A DNA stretch of 63,597 bases, counting the filler, from Octopus bimaculoides (taxonomy: Eukaryota): NCBI RefSeq assembly GCF_001194135.2. It is 9 parts of 8 records of this genome, joined end to end, with 100 filler letters (N's around TTAATTAATTAA, not from the genome) between each part and the next. Parts side by side here need not be neighbours in the genome. Positions count along the whole stretch, not along the records: positions 8,935 to 19,732 come from NC_068987.1; positions 19,833 to 26,164 come from NC_068999.1; 7 more parts are not named here. One strand, 5' to 3'. Position numbers and translations under genes: made by a program. This document shows positions 11,172 to 23,374 of this stretch, piece after piece. Position 1 is the stretch's first letter, and the number at the start of each line of letters is the position of its first letter. The notes below the pieces were generated by a model that did no database searches, had not been told where the DNA came from, and was given only the letters and a program-made list of their open reading frames with translations.

Positions 11172-11500
11172 CGACGTCACCAACATGAAATACGTAAACA
11201 TGAAATACGCCTATAACATGAAATACGTAAACAACGAGAAAAAAGTGGAAACCAGGGCAAGTAAACACAGAGAAAGGACCCGTTATCAGTTGTCGGCTGT
11301 CTATCTACACCTCATTTCGAGCATTCAACGACAATACGAGTCTTCAAAGACAGTTGCTCCCATAAATTCTAAAATAAAATTTAGGATTTATGGAGGGTCA
11401 AAGTTGGGAACAAAAACAGGACAATGGAGACATACAAGGAAACCGAACGAAAACAAACATGGAGAAGCGTTAGACCAGAACGAGAGGAAAATACAGATTC
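11172..11500 (+). repeat. Interspersed repeat family H (copy 1)
   Basis: About 330 bp homologous to 55171-55500 (gacgtcaccaac...cagttgtcg..ctgtctat...gaagacagttg...caaagttgggaacaaaaacaggaca). Confidence 0.85.
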
Positions 11501-13605
11501 AGATAGAATCACGTATTTCGAAAGATATGCACCAATACTTATACTCGTATCGGCTGCTCTGTATATCCCAAGCAACGCTTACATAACCACTATTCTTCCT
11601 TTAAATTAAGACATAGGGCAGGCAGGACTTGCCTAACCACGAAAATCTGGGAACACAAGGGTGACAATGTTAAATTTGATTTGAGTTGGGATATCATTAG
11701 GGCCACTAAACCGTACTCAAACAGCAAATACGAGTGAAGGCTTTGCTGCATGGAGCTGTTTGAAATTTTAAAGAGATCAAATAGTAAAAATCGCATTTCC
11801 TCTATACATAAGACTACCCGCACCTTTAAATATTTTAAGGACATTAAACAACCTCTATAACAGCCCCTAACCTAGGGCCAATCAAATTTATTCCCTCTAT
11901 TATTGACCTAAAAGTCGACTGATCTGCTTCGTTGTCTGAGTCCTTCTAGTCTCGTTCTTCTCTACAATTACTTCCCAACCACTCTTACTATACTTGCATG
12001 GTATGCTATATTAAAGGAGCTAACCATTCTATTTGTGGTATATCCAGCATTATGCATTAGCGATAGCGAAAATTATCTAACCTAAAAGTAGCAGCCTGCA
12101 CACCCAAGCCAGTTCTTTTCCAATCCCCACTAAGTAAGTAATCCTTATACCAAGATACAGTTATTTGTGCTGCGCATGTTAAATAATGGATGGAACACAC
12201 TATCCAAACCTCTTACCTTTGACTATTGTCCGGAGTTGCATTACCTAATTCACACAATAGTAATTATACTATTTAATTAAATAATATCAACGCCACCTAT
12301 ACAATATTCCAAAGTGTTAATCATTAGAATATTCCCTACTGCTAGCTTTCTTTGATATCCGATCTGGTATTTCCTCTAACTCGGTACTAGGTGTAGTTTA
12401 TTAAGTAACCCCTGCTTTCTTTGAACTCCTTAATGATAAGTAGTACACTATTGTTACTGCCAGGTATTTCCTCTCCAGGCAAACATGTCCTCATATTACA
12501 AGCGGCCTCCACTATCCCTTATAACATAGTCGTATCTAAAACAACACACTACATCTTTCCACTTTACCAGATAAATCAACTACAATTCCTTAAAAGTTGG
12601 ATCTTATTATTCGATTGCCTTCATACCTTCCCCCAACTTTTACCCTCCTGCCTTTGTTTTTTTAGCCTTAGCTAGCGAATCCTAAACCCCGACCCTATGC
12701 CTAATTGACTTTATTTATTCATTTGTATTTCTTCATTTTTACTTTTTGCTTTCTTTATTCTTTATCCTTACTTTATCTCCGGTCCTCTCTCAGCTACCGA
12801 CTCGTCTAAGCCTAGTATAATAAAACATCGCCTACACCCCATCTCTAGCCTATCAAAGAACCAGTCTAGCTGGCTCCTGTTTCAGCCGGGTTGCTCACCT
12901 TAAATATCATACTACACCTTTTCACAAGCTATATTCTTAACCTAACCCCACCCCGTAATGCCCACAACGACCAACTTTGTTGGTCATTCTCCCATTTCAT
13001 GATTAGCCTCGAAAGACTTCAGCCTCATCCCTGCTGTATTCTTGGGATATTCTTTTGTTTGTAAAATTACGTTTCATCTGATGATTACGGTTTTTTGTAA
13101 TGAAGTAATGTTCTCGTTCTTCTATTAAAAAATGCGTAAGAAACAGATGTAATGAGCTGACAATTATCCATCGTCTGTAATTATGCATTTGATTACATAC
13201 ATACACACAAACACAGTGGCCCGGGAACAAAATTTGCTTAGCGGGTGCAAACTCAGTTCCAAAATTTGGCACTAAACACACACATACACACACACACATG
13301 GTGATGCCACATACATAATGTAGGTGATCGCTGTCCGGCTGAGTATTTCGTCCAGGTAAAGTCTCTTGAAGATATTGAGTGTTAAAAAACACCGAATATG
13401 TCAAAGCCAGACGAAACGAATCACCCCGGAGGTGAACGAGAACGGTGGATATCGATATTTCTCGGTGTTAATCCAGCTCATGTATGTATGTGTGTGTGTG
13501 TGTGTGTAATCACTTTAACTGTGAATCACGAAGCGGATACAGCTGTAAATAATAAGGTAATATGTTGTGTTTAAAAAATTAATTGGGTGGAAAGTGGACC
13601 TAAAG

Positions 13606-14492
13606 CAGTGATCCTCAACATGGTTCATAACGCCTGTGACAGCCCGCGATATTTTTTCCCCACGAGAGTTCCGGACGCCAGTAATGAACTCATTTGCATA
13701 CAGCCAATCAGAGCTCACCTTGACTTTGTCAAGTTAACAAACACATTCTACCAAGTAAACTCAAGACGAAGAACGGTGTTGTAAGTCGACCGATCGCCAA
13801 GTTATGCCTGATTTTAGGAGACAAGTAATTAGATAGATTTGCATCTATACCTATTGTCAGATTTTGTTAGGGCCCCATATGGTAAAGATGTGAATGGGAA
13901 AAATGTAGGTAGAGGGTAATATGCTTACAACTCTCCCACTTACTGCTTTACAAAGTAAACAACAACACAAATAACTACGTAGGGGCAGCCATGGTTGAAA
14001 CAAGAACAAGAACTAACAAACATTCTTAAAAGAGAAAAGAAGCATGGTCAGTCCTTACCCAAGTGACCTTATCTTATCGCTCATCATTTGTTATGCGCTC
14101 ATAAATTAGTTTGATAGTTGAGCTCTGATTGGCTGTATGCAAATGAGTTCACAACTGGGGGTCCGGAACTCTCGTGAGAAAAAAAATCACTGATGGCCCA
14201 TGTAAGATTTAAGGGAGTCTATGCGACAAAATAGTAAACTAGGGATCCACAATAGTATTTTAAGGGACCCCAAAAATTTTGCTTTAGATATATATATTGG
14301 TATGCATTGCGAGAGTCAGATAGGTTTCTTTCTCTAACATTTTACACAAGTAAGTGTGTGAAAAATAAAATAGGAATTTTGAAAGGGGTTAAAGCCAGTT
14401 TTTAAACATAAAATGGCTATGGGGGATCCACCGGAATAAAATCGTAACCAAAGGGTTCTAAAGGCAAAAGATAAAATGGTTGAGAATCTCTG
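13606..14492. mobile_element. hAT-type MITE interrupted by a nested foldback element
   Basis: TIR cagtgatcctcaac / gttgagaatctctg (12/14); 8-bp flanks acctaaag and gtctaaag (6/8, hAT-like NTCTAGAN target). Confidence 0.7.
13644..14192. mobile_element. Foldback/MITE with ~70-bp terminal inverted repeats
   Basis: 13648-13717 is the reverse complement of 14119-14188 with few mismatches (cacgagagttccggac...gaactcatttgcatacagccaatcagagctca). Confidence 0.85.
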
Positions 14493-15360
14493 GTCTAAAG
14501 CCACCTGCCGAACTTGAACTCTCATTTTCTGCATTCATGACTGTCATGTTAACCATTACACAACCTCCTGTGTTTTGTGAATGTGTGTTTGGACACGAGA
14601 ATGTGCATAAATTAGTGTTCAATATCCGTGTACGGTTTATACCCGGGATGAAAGAATGCTGATCTGTACGTGTGTCGTACCAAAAGCTATAGAACCGAAT
14701 TACGATTTATACCCAACCTGAACTGCGTAGCACTTTACCTACGATATATCCTCCGGCCCTTTCCTTTTGACCTACAGAGTGACGGTATGAGGAAACGACG
14801 TCATTGGCTCCCCGTTTCAGCCTAATCTATGTCATGAGGGAAGGTTCTGTAGATGAGCGACGTCGTGTACCAATATCGAAGGATTGCCGAATACAAATTT
14901 CGTTTAATCAACCATTATTTAGTCTGTGGTTAGATATCTCTTTAAATCGTGGTAGAAACAAATCTATAACAACTATAATAAAAATGATAAAAATCTTTAA
15001 AATTATAAAAATAATAATAAAATGCTCTTGAAATATCGAGGACATTTATTTTGCATCGTCAAACACTGTTCTCTCTCTTTCTCTCTCTCTCATTTTCTAT
15101 CTTCCCCTCTTCTTCTTCCCCTCTCTTTCGTGCTTTCTTTCTTCCTCTCTCTCTCGCTTTCTCTCTCTCTCCCTCTCTCTCTCTCTGTCTCTCTCTCTCT
15201 GTCTATCTATCTATCTATCTATCTATCTACCTCTCTCGCGCGCAATATCTCTCATAACACACATCGCGCGCGCGTGTGTGTGTGTGTGTGTGCTTCTATG
15301 CGTATGTATGTTTGTATGTATGTATGTATGTATGTATGCATGCCTATACGTATACATGTA

Positions 15361-15468
15361 TGTATGTCATTATTCAGTTTATTTCAAGATTTCTTGCCAA
15401 TAGAGAAAGAGCCGGTTTCTAACGGAGATTCAAGACTCCATCATTGGAATTTCAACATCAACAACAGG
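15361..15468 (-). repeat. Repeat family G (copy 2)
   Basis: Reverse complement of 9208-9318. Confidence 0.85.
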
Positions 15469-16384
15469 ATATTTATGTTTGTTTGTATGTGTGTGTGTAT
15501 GTATATGTGCGTGTATACATGTAAACGTGTCCACGTGCGAGCGATAGACAGAGAGAGAGAGAGGGAAGAGAGCGAGAGAAAGAGTGTTTGTGTGTGTGCA
15601 CGCACGCGTGGGCGTGCCCGTGTGTGTATCCGTGTGCGTGCCCGTGTGAGTATGAATCTATGTATATGTGAATGTGTTCATGTTTGTGTGTGCATGTGTG
15701 TACGCATACGCATGCATATGTATACAGAATGTGTGTGTGTACATAGTGAGGAAGATAAGAGAAAGAAAGCGAAAATGTGAGAGACTTAGTGTATATTAAA
15801 GTGAGGAGAAACGCTCACATATTAAATAATAAGATCATATACACACGTTTGTGTGTCATTTAGTGATATATCAATAGCAATACAATGAGGAATGTATATA
15901 GGATTGTGGAAACTACCTTGAAAACAATGGATTTCTGTCGTTAAAAGCCATCTGTTGAAGCTAATTATATTATCATTGAACTAACATTAACTGTGTCTTT
16001 ACTTCGTTGATCCTAATTGTTTTGAAAGTATGGCTAATACGTCATGGTTTTGTCTGCTAACAATTGTTATAATGAATAAAATTGTTTATATTTATCTGAA
16101 AAGCCACTTTGCTAAATATTTAAATATATTTTAGATTCCATTCATGCTTTCACGAAGGCCGGGGGAAGATGGGAAATAACTCTTGTTAAACTAACATTTG
16201 TTAAAAGAAGTTTCTGTTTTGCCGAATTAAAATGTCAGATAGAGATGTAATGTGAACGGCTAGTAATACGTATTTAAGTATCTCTAAATAAATAAAATCT
16301 AACAGGATTAACTGAAATTATTTCTTTGCATCAGAAGATTTCCTTGTCGTCTATTCATTTATTTATTTTACAAAAAGAATGTGA

Positions 16385-16530
16385 AGCTTCCTTCCGAATC
16401 ATGTGATTTTGTGTCCAGCCCCTCTGCACAGCACCCTGGGCAGGTTTCTTCTGCGGTAGCCCAAGGCCAACTAAAGCCTTGTGAGAGGATTTAGCTGACA
16501 AAAACTTAAAACCCTGTGGTATATATGCGT
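16385..16530 (+). mobile_element. SINE family B, degenerate
   Basis: gcaccctgggcaggtttcttctgcggtagcccaaggccaactaaagccttgtgag matches the 8526 copy. Confidence 0.65.
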
Positions 16531-16562
16531 GTGTGTATAAATATATACACATACATATATAT

Positions 16563-16771
16563 AGGGTGTTCACAAAATCTGGGTACATGAGGATTAATAC
16601 ATACTTTAAGACATTATTATTTCTTATATTTAATTGTTTATGTTATGATTTTATTTACAGTCTGGATACATGGGGATTAACACATACTATAAGAAATTAT
16701 TATTTCTTATATTTAATTGATTATGTTACGATTTTATTTACTCCATGTACCCAGACTTTGTGCACACCCTG
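16563..16771. mobile_element. Tc1/mariner MITE (same family as 3952-4068) with internal ~80-bp tandem duplication
   Basis: Termini agggtgttcacaaaatctgggtacatg / catgtacccagactttgtgcacaccctg-TA; the internal segment occurs twice. Confidence 0.85.
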
Positions 16772-16779
16772 TATATAAC

Positions 16780-17077
16780 GGGCCCTCCCTCGGTTACGAC
16801 GACGAGGGTCCCAGTTGATCCGATCAACGGAACATCTTGCTTTGAAATTAACGTGCAGGTGGATGAGCACTTCACAGACAAGTGTGCCCTTCTGAGGGAT
16901 ATTCAACGTGACAAAGTGTGACAAGGCTGGCCCTTTAAAATACAGGTACTACTCATTTTTACCAGCTGAGTAGACTTGGAAAACGTGTAAATAAAGTATC
17001 TTATTCAAGGATACAACTTGTCGCCAGGAATTGAACTCACGACCTCACGATCGGGAACTGAATATAATAACCACTAG
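16780..17077 (-). mobile_element. SINE family D (tRNA head + CORE-like domain + 3' module)
   Basis: B-box revcomp ggaattgaactcac; central cagctgagtagacttggaaaacgtg..aataaagt..ctt; 3' module shared with 20391-20610, 54646 and 58619. Confidence 0.8.
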
Positions 17078-17792
17078 GACACTCACTTTCACTCATATAT
17101 AAATACATACATACATACATATATACACACGCACACACACACACATATATATACATACATCCGTACACACATATACATACATAAACACACATACATACAT
17201 ATGTACATATACATGCGCATACATACATATACACACACATACATGCATACATACATATACACACAAATGCATACATACATATATACATATACATACATGC
17301 ATATACATACATACGTACATACATACATACATTCATACACACATACATACATGATGACTGCTACTTCTTTACAGAAGAAGGCCATCTCTTCAATTAATAA
17401 ACACTGTCGTGAGATCTTATATGACTAGCAAGTCCTGCTCTCGACAAACAATCTCTACTGCAGATCTTACAAATATTTTAAAGCAGAAAAGTGTCTGGGA
17501 TTGTAGTTAAGTCCTGTCTACGAAGTATTTATTTCAAGATAGATTGTTCAATTCATTAAGCTTTAAATGCTTTACATCTATTGTAGATCATTTGATCCCA
17601 AACCGATTGATCTTGCGTCATCTGCTCTCAGTCTTCAACTCTCAGATTAAAAGCCTTAAGGTTGCTTTTGACAGCATACATACATACATACATACATACC
17701 TACCTACCTACCTACCTACCTACCTACATACATACCTACCTACCTACCTACCTACCTACATACATACATACATACAGACAGACAGACAGATA

Positions 17793-17915
17793 GACCGATA
17801 GAATAATTACTAGGCTTACCAAGAACAAGTCCTGGGGTCGATTTGCTCGACTAAAAGGCGGTGCTCCAGCATGGCTGCAGTCAAATGACTGAAACAAATA
17901 AAAAGAAAAAGAAAG
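17793..17915 (+). mobile_element. Second module of SINE family B
   Basis: gaccgatagaata..tactaggctt...cctggggtcgatttgctcgact...ggtgctccagcatggc matches the revcomp of 48503-48750. Confidence 0.8.
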
Positions 17916-18589
17916 AATACTAGTGATATATATATATATTTACATATATATATATATGTATAGGTAATATATATATTTATATATATATATATATATATAT
18001 ATANNNNNNNNNNNNNNNNNNNNNNNNNNNNNNNNNNNNNNNNNNNNNNNNNNNNNNNNNNNNNNNNNNNNNNNNNNNNNNNNNNNNNNNNNNNCAAGAA
18101 CAAGTCCTGGGGTCGATTTGCTCGACTAAAAGGCGGTGCTCCAGCATGGCTGCAGTCAAATGACTGAAACAAATAAAAAGAAAAAGAAAGAATACTAGTG
18201 ATATATATATATATTTACATATATATATATATGTATAGGTAATATATATATTTATATATATATATATATATAATTTTACAGAGTTAATTCTATTTCAATT
18301 TTAATAGAATCTAATGTCAAACTGGTTGATATATAAATCAGATATAGTCAGACAAAATATTTATTCTGTTCTTTAGGCAAGAGGAAAACACAAAATAACT
18401 TAGTGCTACAAAGTTCAGGTTAGGTGTAAGTATTTGGTGCTATGGCTTTTGAAGTTGACACACATACAGATAGTGACAGCTCAGCACTTTGTCTCCTGCA
18501 GTATAAACAATAGACAGGATGAGAGTACAAAAATATCTTAGTTCTTAGATCCTCCAGTGCCTTCTCCAAACACCATGGTTGCTCACCTT

Positions 18590-18730
18590 CCACTTGGCTC
18601 CACTCAGGTTAACTCCCAATACTATCATGTCATCCCAGAACATACTGTGCTATATCTTCCATTTTCTTTGGTCTTCCCCCTGATATCCCTTCCATTTCCT
18701 GGCTTTCACTCTATTATGATGTTAGCATCT
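18590..18730 (-). mobile_element. Possible very old RTE LINE C-terminal fragment
   Basis: Minus-strand GGRPKK.../WDDMIVLGVNL resembles the RTE GRPKKxW...DMxxLG end; frameshifted and weak. Confidence 0.35.
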
Positions 18731-19289
18731 CTTTCCAGTTATAGTTGACGCACATGATCAGTAAACCATGCATACATACATACATACATACATGCATACA
18801 TAAGGATTATAATTTTGTATGACTTAATAGAGTTGTCCTTGTTTAGTTACGTATTTAGGAATTGGTTGTAATTTACTTATGGAATTTATTTATCGATACG
18901 GTTGTACATTGGGTAAATGTGTTTGAAAGATGTGGTTTCTTTAGTTTGTTTGTTGCTAGACAACACTTATTTTAGTGCTGTTGACACCACCAAATTGAAT
19001 GGTACTGCCCAGGTGTCGAAACCATAATGATATCTGTAGAGCAGCTGATGATGGGGGTATGTTGGATTGTTGGTATGGCTGTTTTTGTGTATGTGGAATA
19101 CTATTATTGGATTGTTGGTATGGCTGAGGAATAGTATTAGAATACATCCTTCTATTATAATACTATTCCACAGTGGGTTAATGATTCTGCCAGCTTGCTG
19201 CCTTGTATCATATATGAATCCCATACATGCACACACACATGCCACACATATTTATATTTGTGTGTGTATGTGTGTGTGTGTGTATGGTG

Positions 19290-19490
19290 ATGGTTGCAAA
19301 CAAGTGCCAACACCATAAAAACCATGTTTTCTATTTCTTGTCTTCAAGGCTAATCATATCTTGGCCATATCTTGGCTGATGATTGGAAAAGAATAGCTTT
19401 ATATTCTTAACCATGAAACGTCGTACATGATTAACTAAAGGCAGGTTTGTTTTTGTTTTCTCTTCTGTTTTTGTTCTATGTGTGCCATAA
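19290..19490 (+). mobile_element. Short repeat-like segment with degenerate hammerhead motif
   Basis: CTGATGA (19376-82), hairpin tgg-aa-aagaata/tattctt-aa-cca, GAAACGTC (19415-22), followed by a T-rich tail; stem I does not pair well. Confidence 0.45.
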
Positions 19491-20061
19491 ATATCGCCAA
19501 CCGTTAGAGAAAAAATTGTAGTTTAGAATCAGTAGTTCTTTGACTGCTATTTCTAAATTTTCAGTATGCTGGTGAAGCAACTTATGCTGACCCCTGTATA
19601 TTTATGATTATAAATGTTTTTACCAATAAAGGTTTTTTTCATACTGAACTACTTGGCAAAATTGTTAATTATTAATTTTATTACTAATTGGCAATTCCCT
19701 GCCCTATATCTGTATATTTATATTGATGTCTCNNNNNNNNNNNNNNNNNNNNNNNNNNNNNNNNNNNNNNNNNNNNTTAATTAATTAANNNNNNNNNNNN
19801 NNNNNNNNNNNNNNNNNNNNNNNNNNNNNNNNTATATGTATGTATATAAGCCAGTACATTCGAAAATTGATCATGTTCATTGAGTGGTTATCTAAATATA
19901 ATCAAATTCTACCCTAACTTGACAAAGAAAGATTAGCAAAACATTTATTGTTCGATATATATGCATGTATACATGTGTGCATGTGCGCGCGCATTCGTGT
20001 AAGTCTGTTTGTACATATTTATGTGCATGTGTGTCTTTGTGTGTGTGTGTGTGCGTGTGTA

Positions 20062-20356
20062 CATATATAAACGGTAGTCTGTTTGTGTGTGTCAAGTTGC
20101 CGTCTACACCCGTTAATGAATCTTCGTGAAACTTTGCACACATGTTAAAGTAACATTCAATTTGTTACTAGGTTCATTGCCGTTTAATAAAAAAAATCTA
20201 TAATTGAACGGCTACGACTTGTCTTCATAAAATTTGACGTGCGTACAGTTCTACCGATTACATTGAGGTTATTTTCAAGTGTCTCAGCTGTGGTACGCTA
20301 AATTCCGGAAACAGTTCTGCAGAGGATAATTCACTGCAATATATGTTGCCGGCTAG
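20062..20356 (+). mobile_element. Possible non-autonomous Helitron-like element
   Basis: Starts catatataaacggtagtctgtttgtgtgtgtc, contains aatcttcgtgaaactttgcacac (HINE/Lep1-like motif, from recall) and ends in CTAG (20353-56). Confidence 0.4.
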
Positions 20357-20390
20357 AGAACATAATTATTTAAATTTATATTTATATACT

Positions 20391-20610
20391 GAAACTAACG
20401 CGGAAGTGGCTGAGCACTCTACAAACATGCGTATCTTTAACGTAGTTCTCAAGGATATACAGCAAAACACAGAATGAGACAAAGCTGTCCTTTTGAATTA
20501 CAGGTACATCTCATTATTGCCAGTTGAGTGGACTGGAGCAACGTGAAATAAAGCGTCTTGCACAAGGACACAACGCGCTGTTAGTGGATCGAACTCAGGA
20601 CCTTACGATC
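20391..20610 (-). mobile_element. SINE family D
   Basis: cagttgagtggactggagcaacgtgaaataaagcgtcttgcacaaggacacaacg is the revcomp of the central domain in the 54646 copy. Confidence 0.8.
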
Positions 20611-20759
20611 ATTTATACCATTTTAAACACACGTACTAACGGGTTTTGAACCTGGTATAAGACTAAACTCATTACTTTCTCTCTCTCTCTTTCTTCCTCC
20701 CTCTCTCTCTATCTCTCTACCTCTCTCTCTCTCTCTCTCTCTCTACCTCTCTCTCTCTC

Positions 20760-20815
<56 letters not shown>

Positions 20816-21651
20816 GATGGCGCATCATTCAGAAGTTTTTGGATGTACGCGAATAAACCGTTGTTCTCATATAATCGACCGTTAACAGCGTTGCATTAAG
20901 TGAAGACAATTACCTTGAGGGAGACATGGATGTCTGTCTTTCAATAAGCTAGTCTAAAGATCACAAAATACACTAGACACAAAAATAGGGGCATGAGCAA
21001 CTATATGTGAGAACTATATGTGAGCAACTATATGTATCTACGAATGTGTGTCCGAATATTTTGTTTACTGCTGCTGTTGCTGTTTGTAGCCCCAAGTCAG
21101 ACATGAGATTATCCAGACACATGATCAAAGAAATTCGACTTGCAACAATCCTATCGTTTTCATTTTCAGATATAGTATATCTAGAATTACATTAACAATG
21201 TATTCTTCTATTTTAAGACTGTATAATGTGATTTGAGGCAGATATGTTGCTATTTCTAGAAAGCCAAACAACCGTATAGAAGCATGCTTGTCGGCTTGAA
21301 TACGAATATGTTTATACATAAGTGTTTTACAAATGTCTGTGCGTGCCCACAAGTCTACGGAAGGTGTGTGCCGACAAGTTTCTATGTCTTACAGTGTGTG
21401 TTTACAGGATGTTATTTAACAGAGGCGGGATTTCGATCCGATTTCGAATCCCAGTCGCACCAGTAAGGCTTATGTTGATAAACATCCTCAGTATAGTAAT
21501 TCCTTAGTTCTTCCTATATATATNNNNNNNNNNNNNNNNNNNNNNNNNNNNNNNNNNNNNNNNNNNNNNNNNNNNNNNNNNNNNNNNNNNNNNNNNNNNN
21601 NNNNNNNNNNNNNNNNNNNNNNNNNNNNATATATACATGCTTGTGCGTGTG

Positions 21652-21681
<30 letters not shown>

Positions 21682-21686
<5 letters not shown>

Positions 21687-21878
21687 CGAATCGCAGAAGA
21701 TCCTTGACTTGTTTACGGAAAACGACTCCCAGGTCGGATTCCAAAAGCGGCAGGAACGCTGGTACCGTTGTATTGCTACACAAGGTGACTATTTCGAAGG
21801 AAATGATGTTAAAACTTAAGTAAATAAGTTATCTTTTATTAAACATAACCAGTCCGGGAACCTTTTGATACCACCTCG
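21682..21878 (+). mobile_element. Mariner 3' end fragment
   Basis: SQKILDLFTENDSQVGFQKRQERWYRCIATQGDYFEGN (mariner C-terminal WxxCIxxxGDYFE), then terminus ccgggaaccttttgataccacctcg-TA. Confidence 0.85.
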
Positions 21879-22263
21879 TATGTATATGACAGTGAGGTTG
21901 TATATGTGATACAATTCAATTGACAATAAATCTAAAGATCCACCGTGCTTGTGTCATCCTCAAACCGATTGAATAAAATGCAGATTCAGCGAAATTTCAA
22001 AAACCGTGACGATTAAATTATAATATATGAGGTAGAATATACTATACTAAATTAAAATATATACATTAGATTCTACACATGTATGGAGTCTATATTTGTT
22101 GTTTTTTATCATAAAAAGAAGCATCATTTTTATTTTTCAATCAATCCATTGATCTCACTCTCTCTCTCTCACCTCATGTGTTTCGTGCATGTGTGCGCGT
22201 GCGCAGTATACATAGTTACACACTTATACATATGCGTTATGTGTTTTAATATATATATTTACG

Positions 22264-22312
<49 letters not shown>

Positions 22313-22520
22313 ATATGTATTTATATGTATATGCATATGTATAAACATTTATATGTATGTATACATACAAGAGTTATACATTTATATGCATAGATAGATA
22401 TGTGTGTGTAGGTATGTATGTATATACACGTAGATGCATATATATACCTTTATATATATACATATAGATAGACATGTACATTTATATGTATATATATATA
22501 TATATATATATTTGTGTGTG

Positions 22521-22565
<45 letters not shown>

Positions 22566-23301
22566 NNNNNNNNNNNNNNNNNNNNNNNNNNNNNNNNNNN
22601 NNNNNNNNNNNNNNNNNNNNNNNNNNNNNNNNNNNNNNNNNNNNNNNNNNNNNNNNNNNNNNNNNNNNNNNNNNNNNNNNNNNNNNNNNNNNNNNNNNNN
22701 NNNNNNNNNNNNNNNNNNNNNNNNNNNNNNNNNNNNNNNNNNNNNNNNNNNNNNNNNNNNNNNNNNNNNNNNNNNNNNNNNNNNNNNNNNNNNNNNNNNN
22801 NNNNNNNNNNNNNNNNNNNNNNNNNNNNNNNNNNNNNNNNNNNNNNNNNNNNNNNNNNNNNNNNNNNNNNNNNNNNNNNNNNNNNNNNNNNNNNNNNNNN
22901 NNNNNNNNNNNNNNNNNNNNNNNNNNNNNNNNNNNNNNNNNNNNNNNNNNNNNNNNNNNNNNNNNNNNNNNNNNNNNNNNNNNNNNNNNNNNNNNNNNNN
23001 NNNNNNNNNNNNNNNNNNNNNNNNNNNNNNNNNNNNNNNNNNNNNNNNNNNNNNNNNNNNNNNNNNNNNNNNNNNNNNNNNNNNNNNNNNNNNNNNNNNN
23101 NNNNNNNNNNNNNNNNNNNNNNNNNNNNNNNNNNNNNNNNNNNNNNNNNNNNNNNNNNNNNNNNNNNNNNNNNNNNNNNNNNNNNNNNNNNNNNNNNNNN
23201 NNNNNNNNNNNNNNNNNNNNNNNNNNNNNNNNNNNNNNNNNNTATATATATATATATATATATACATACATACACACATACAGATAGACAGACGGACACA
23301 C

Positions 23302-23374
<73 letters not shown>

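Noticed and set aside
17820-18270. Identical ~180-bp direct repeat on both sides of a gap
   Set aside because: Exact identity, including the microsatellite, across an N gap points to overlapping contig ends rather than a real duplication.
18400-18496. Minus-strand exon DKVLSCHYLYVCQLQKP* resembling a C-type lectin end
   Set aside because: Cys spacing is wrong for a CTLD and there is no supporting context; acceptor alone is insufficient.
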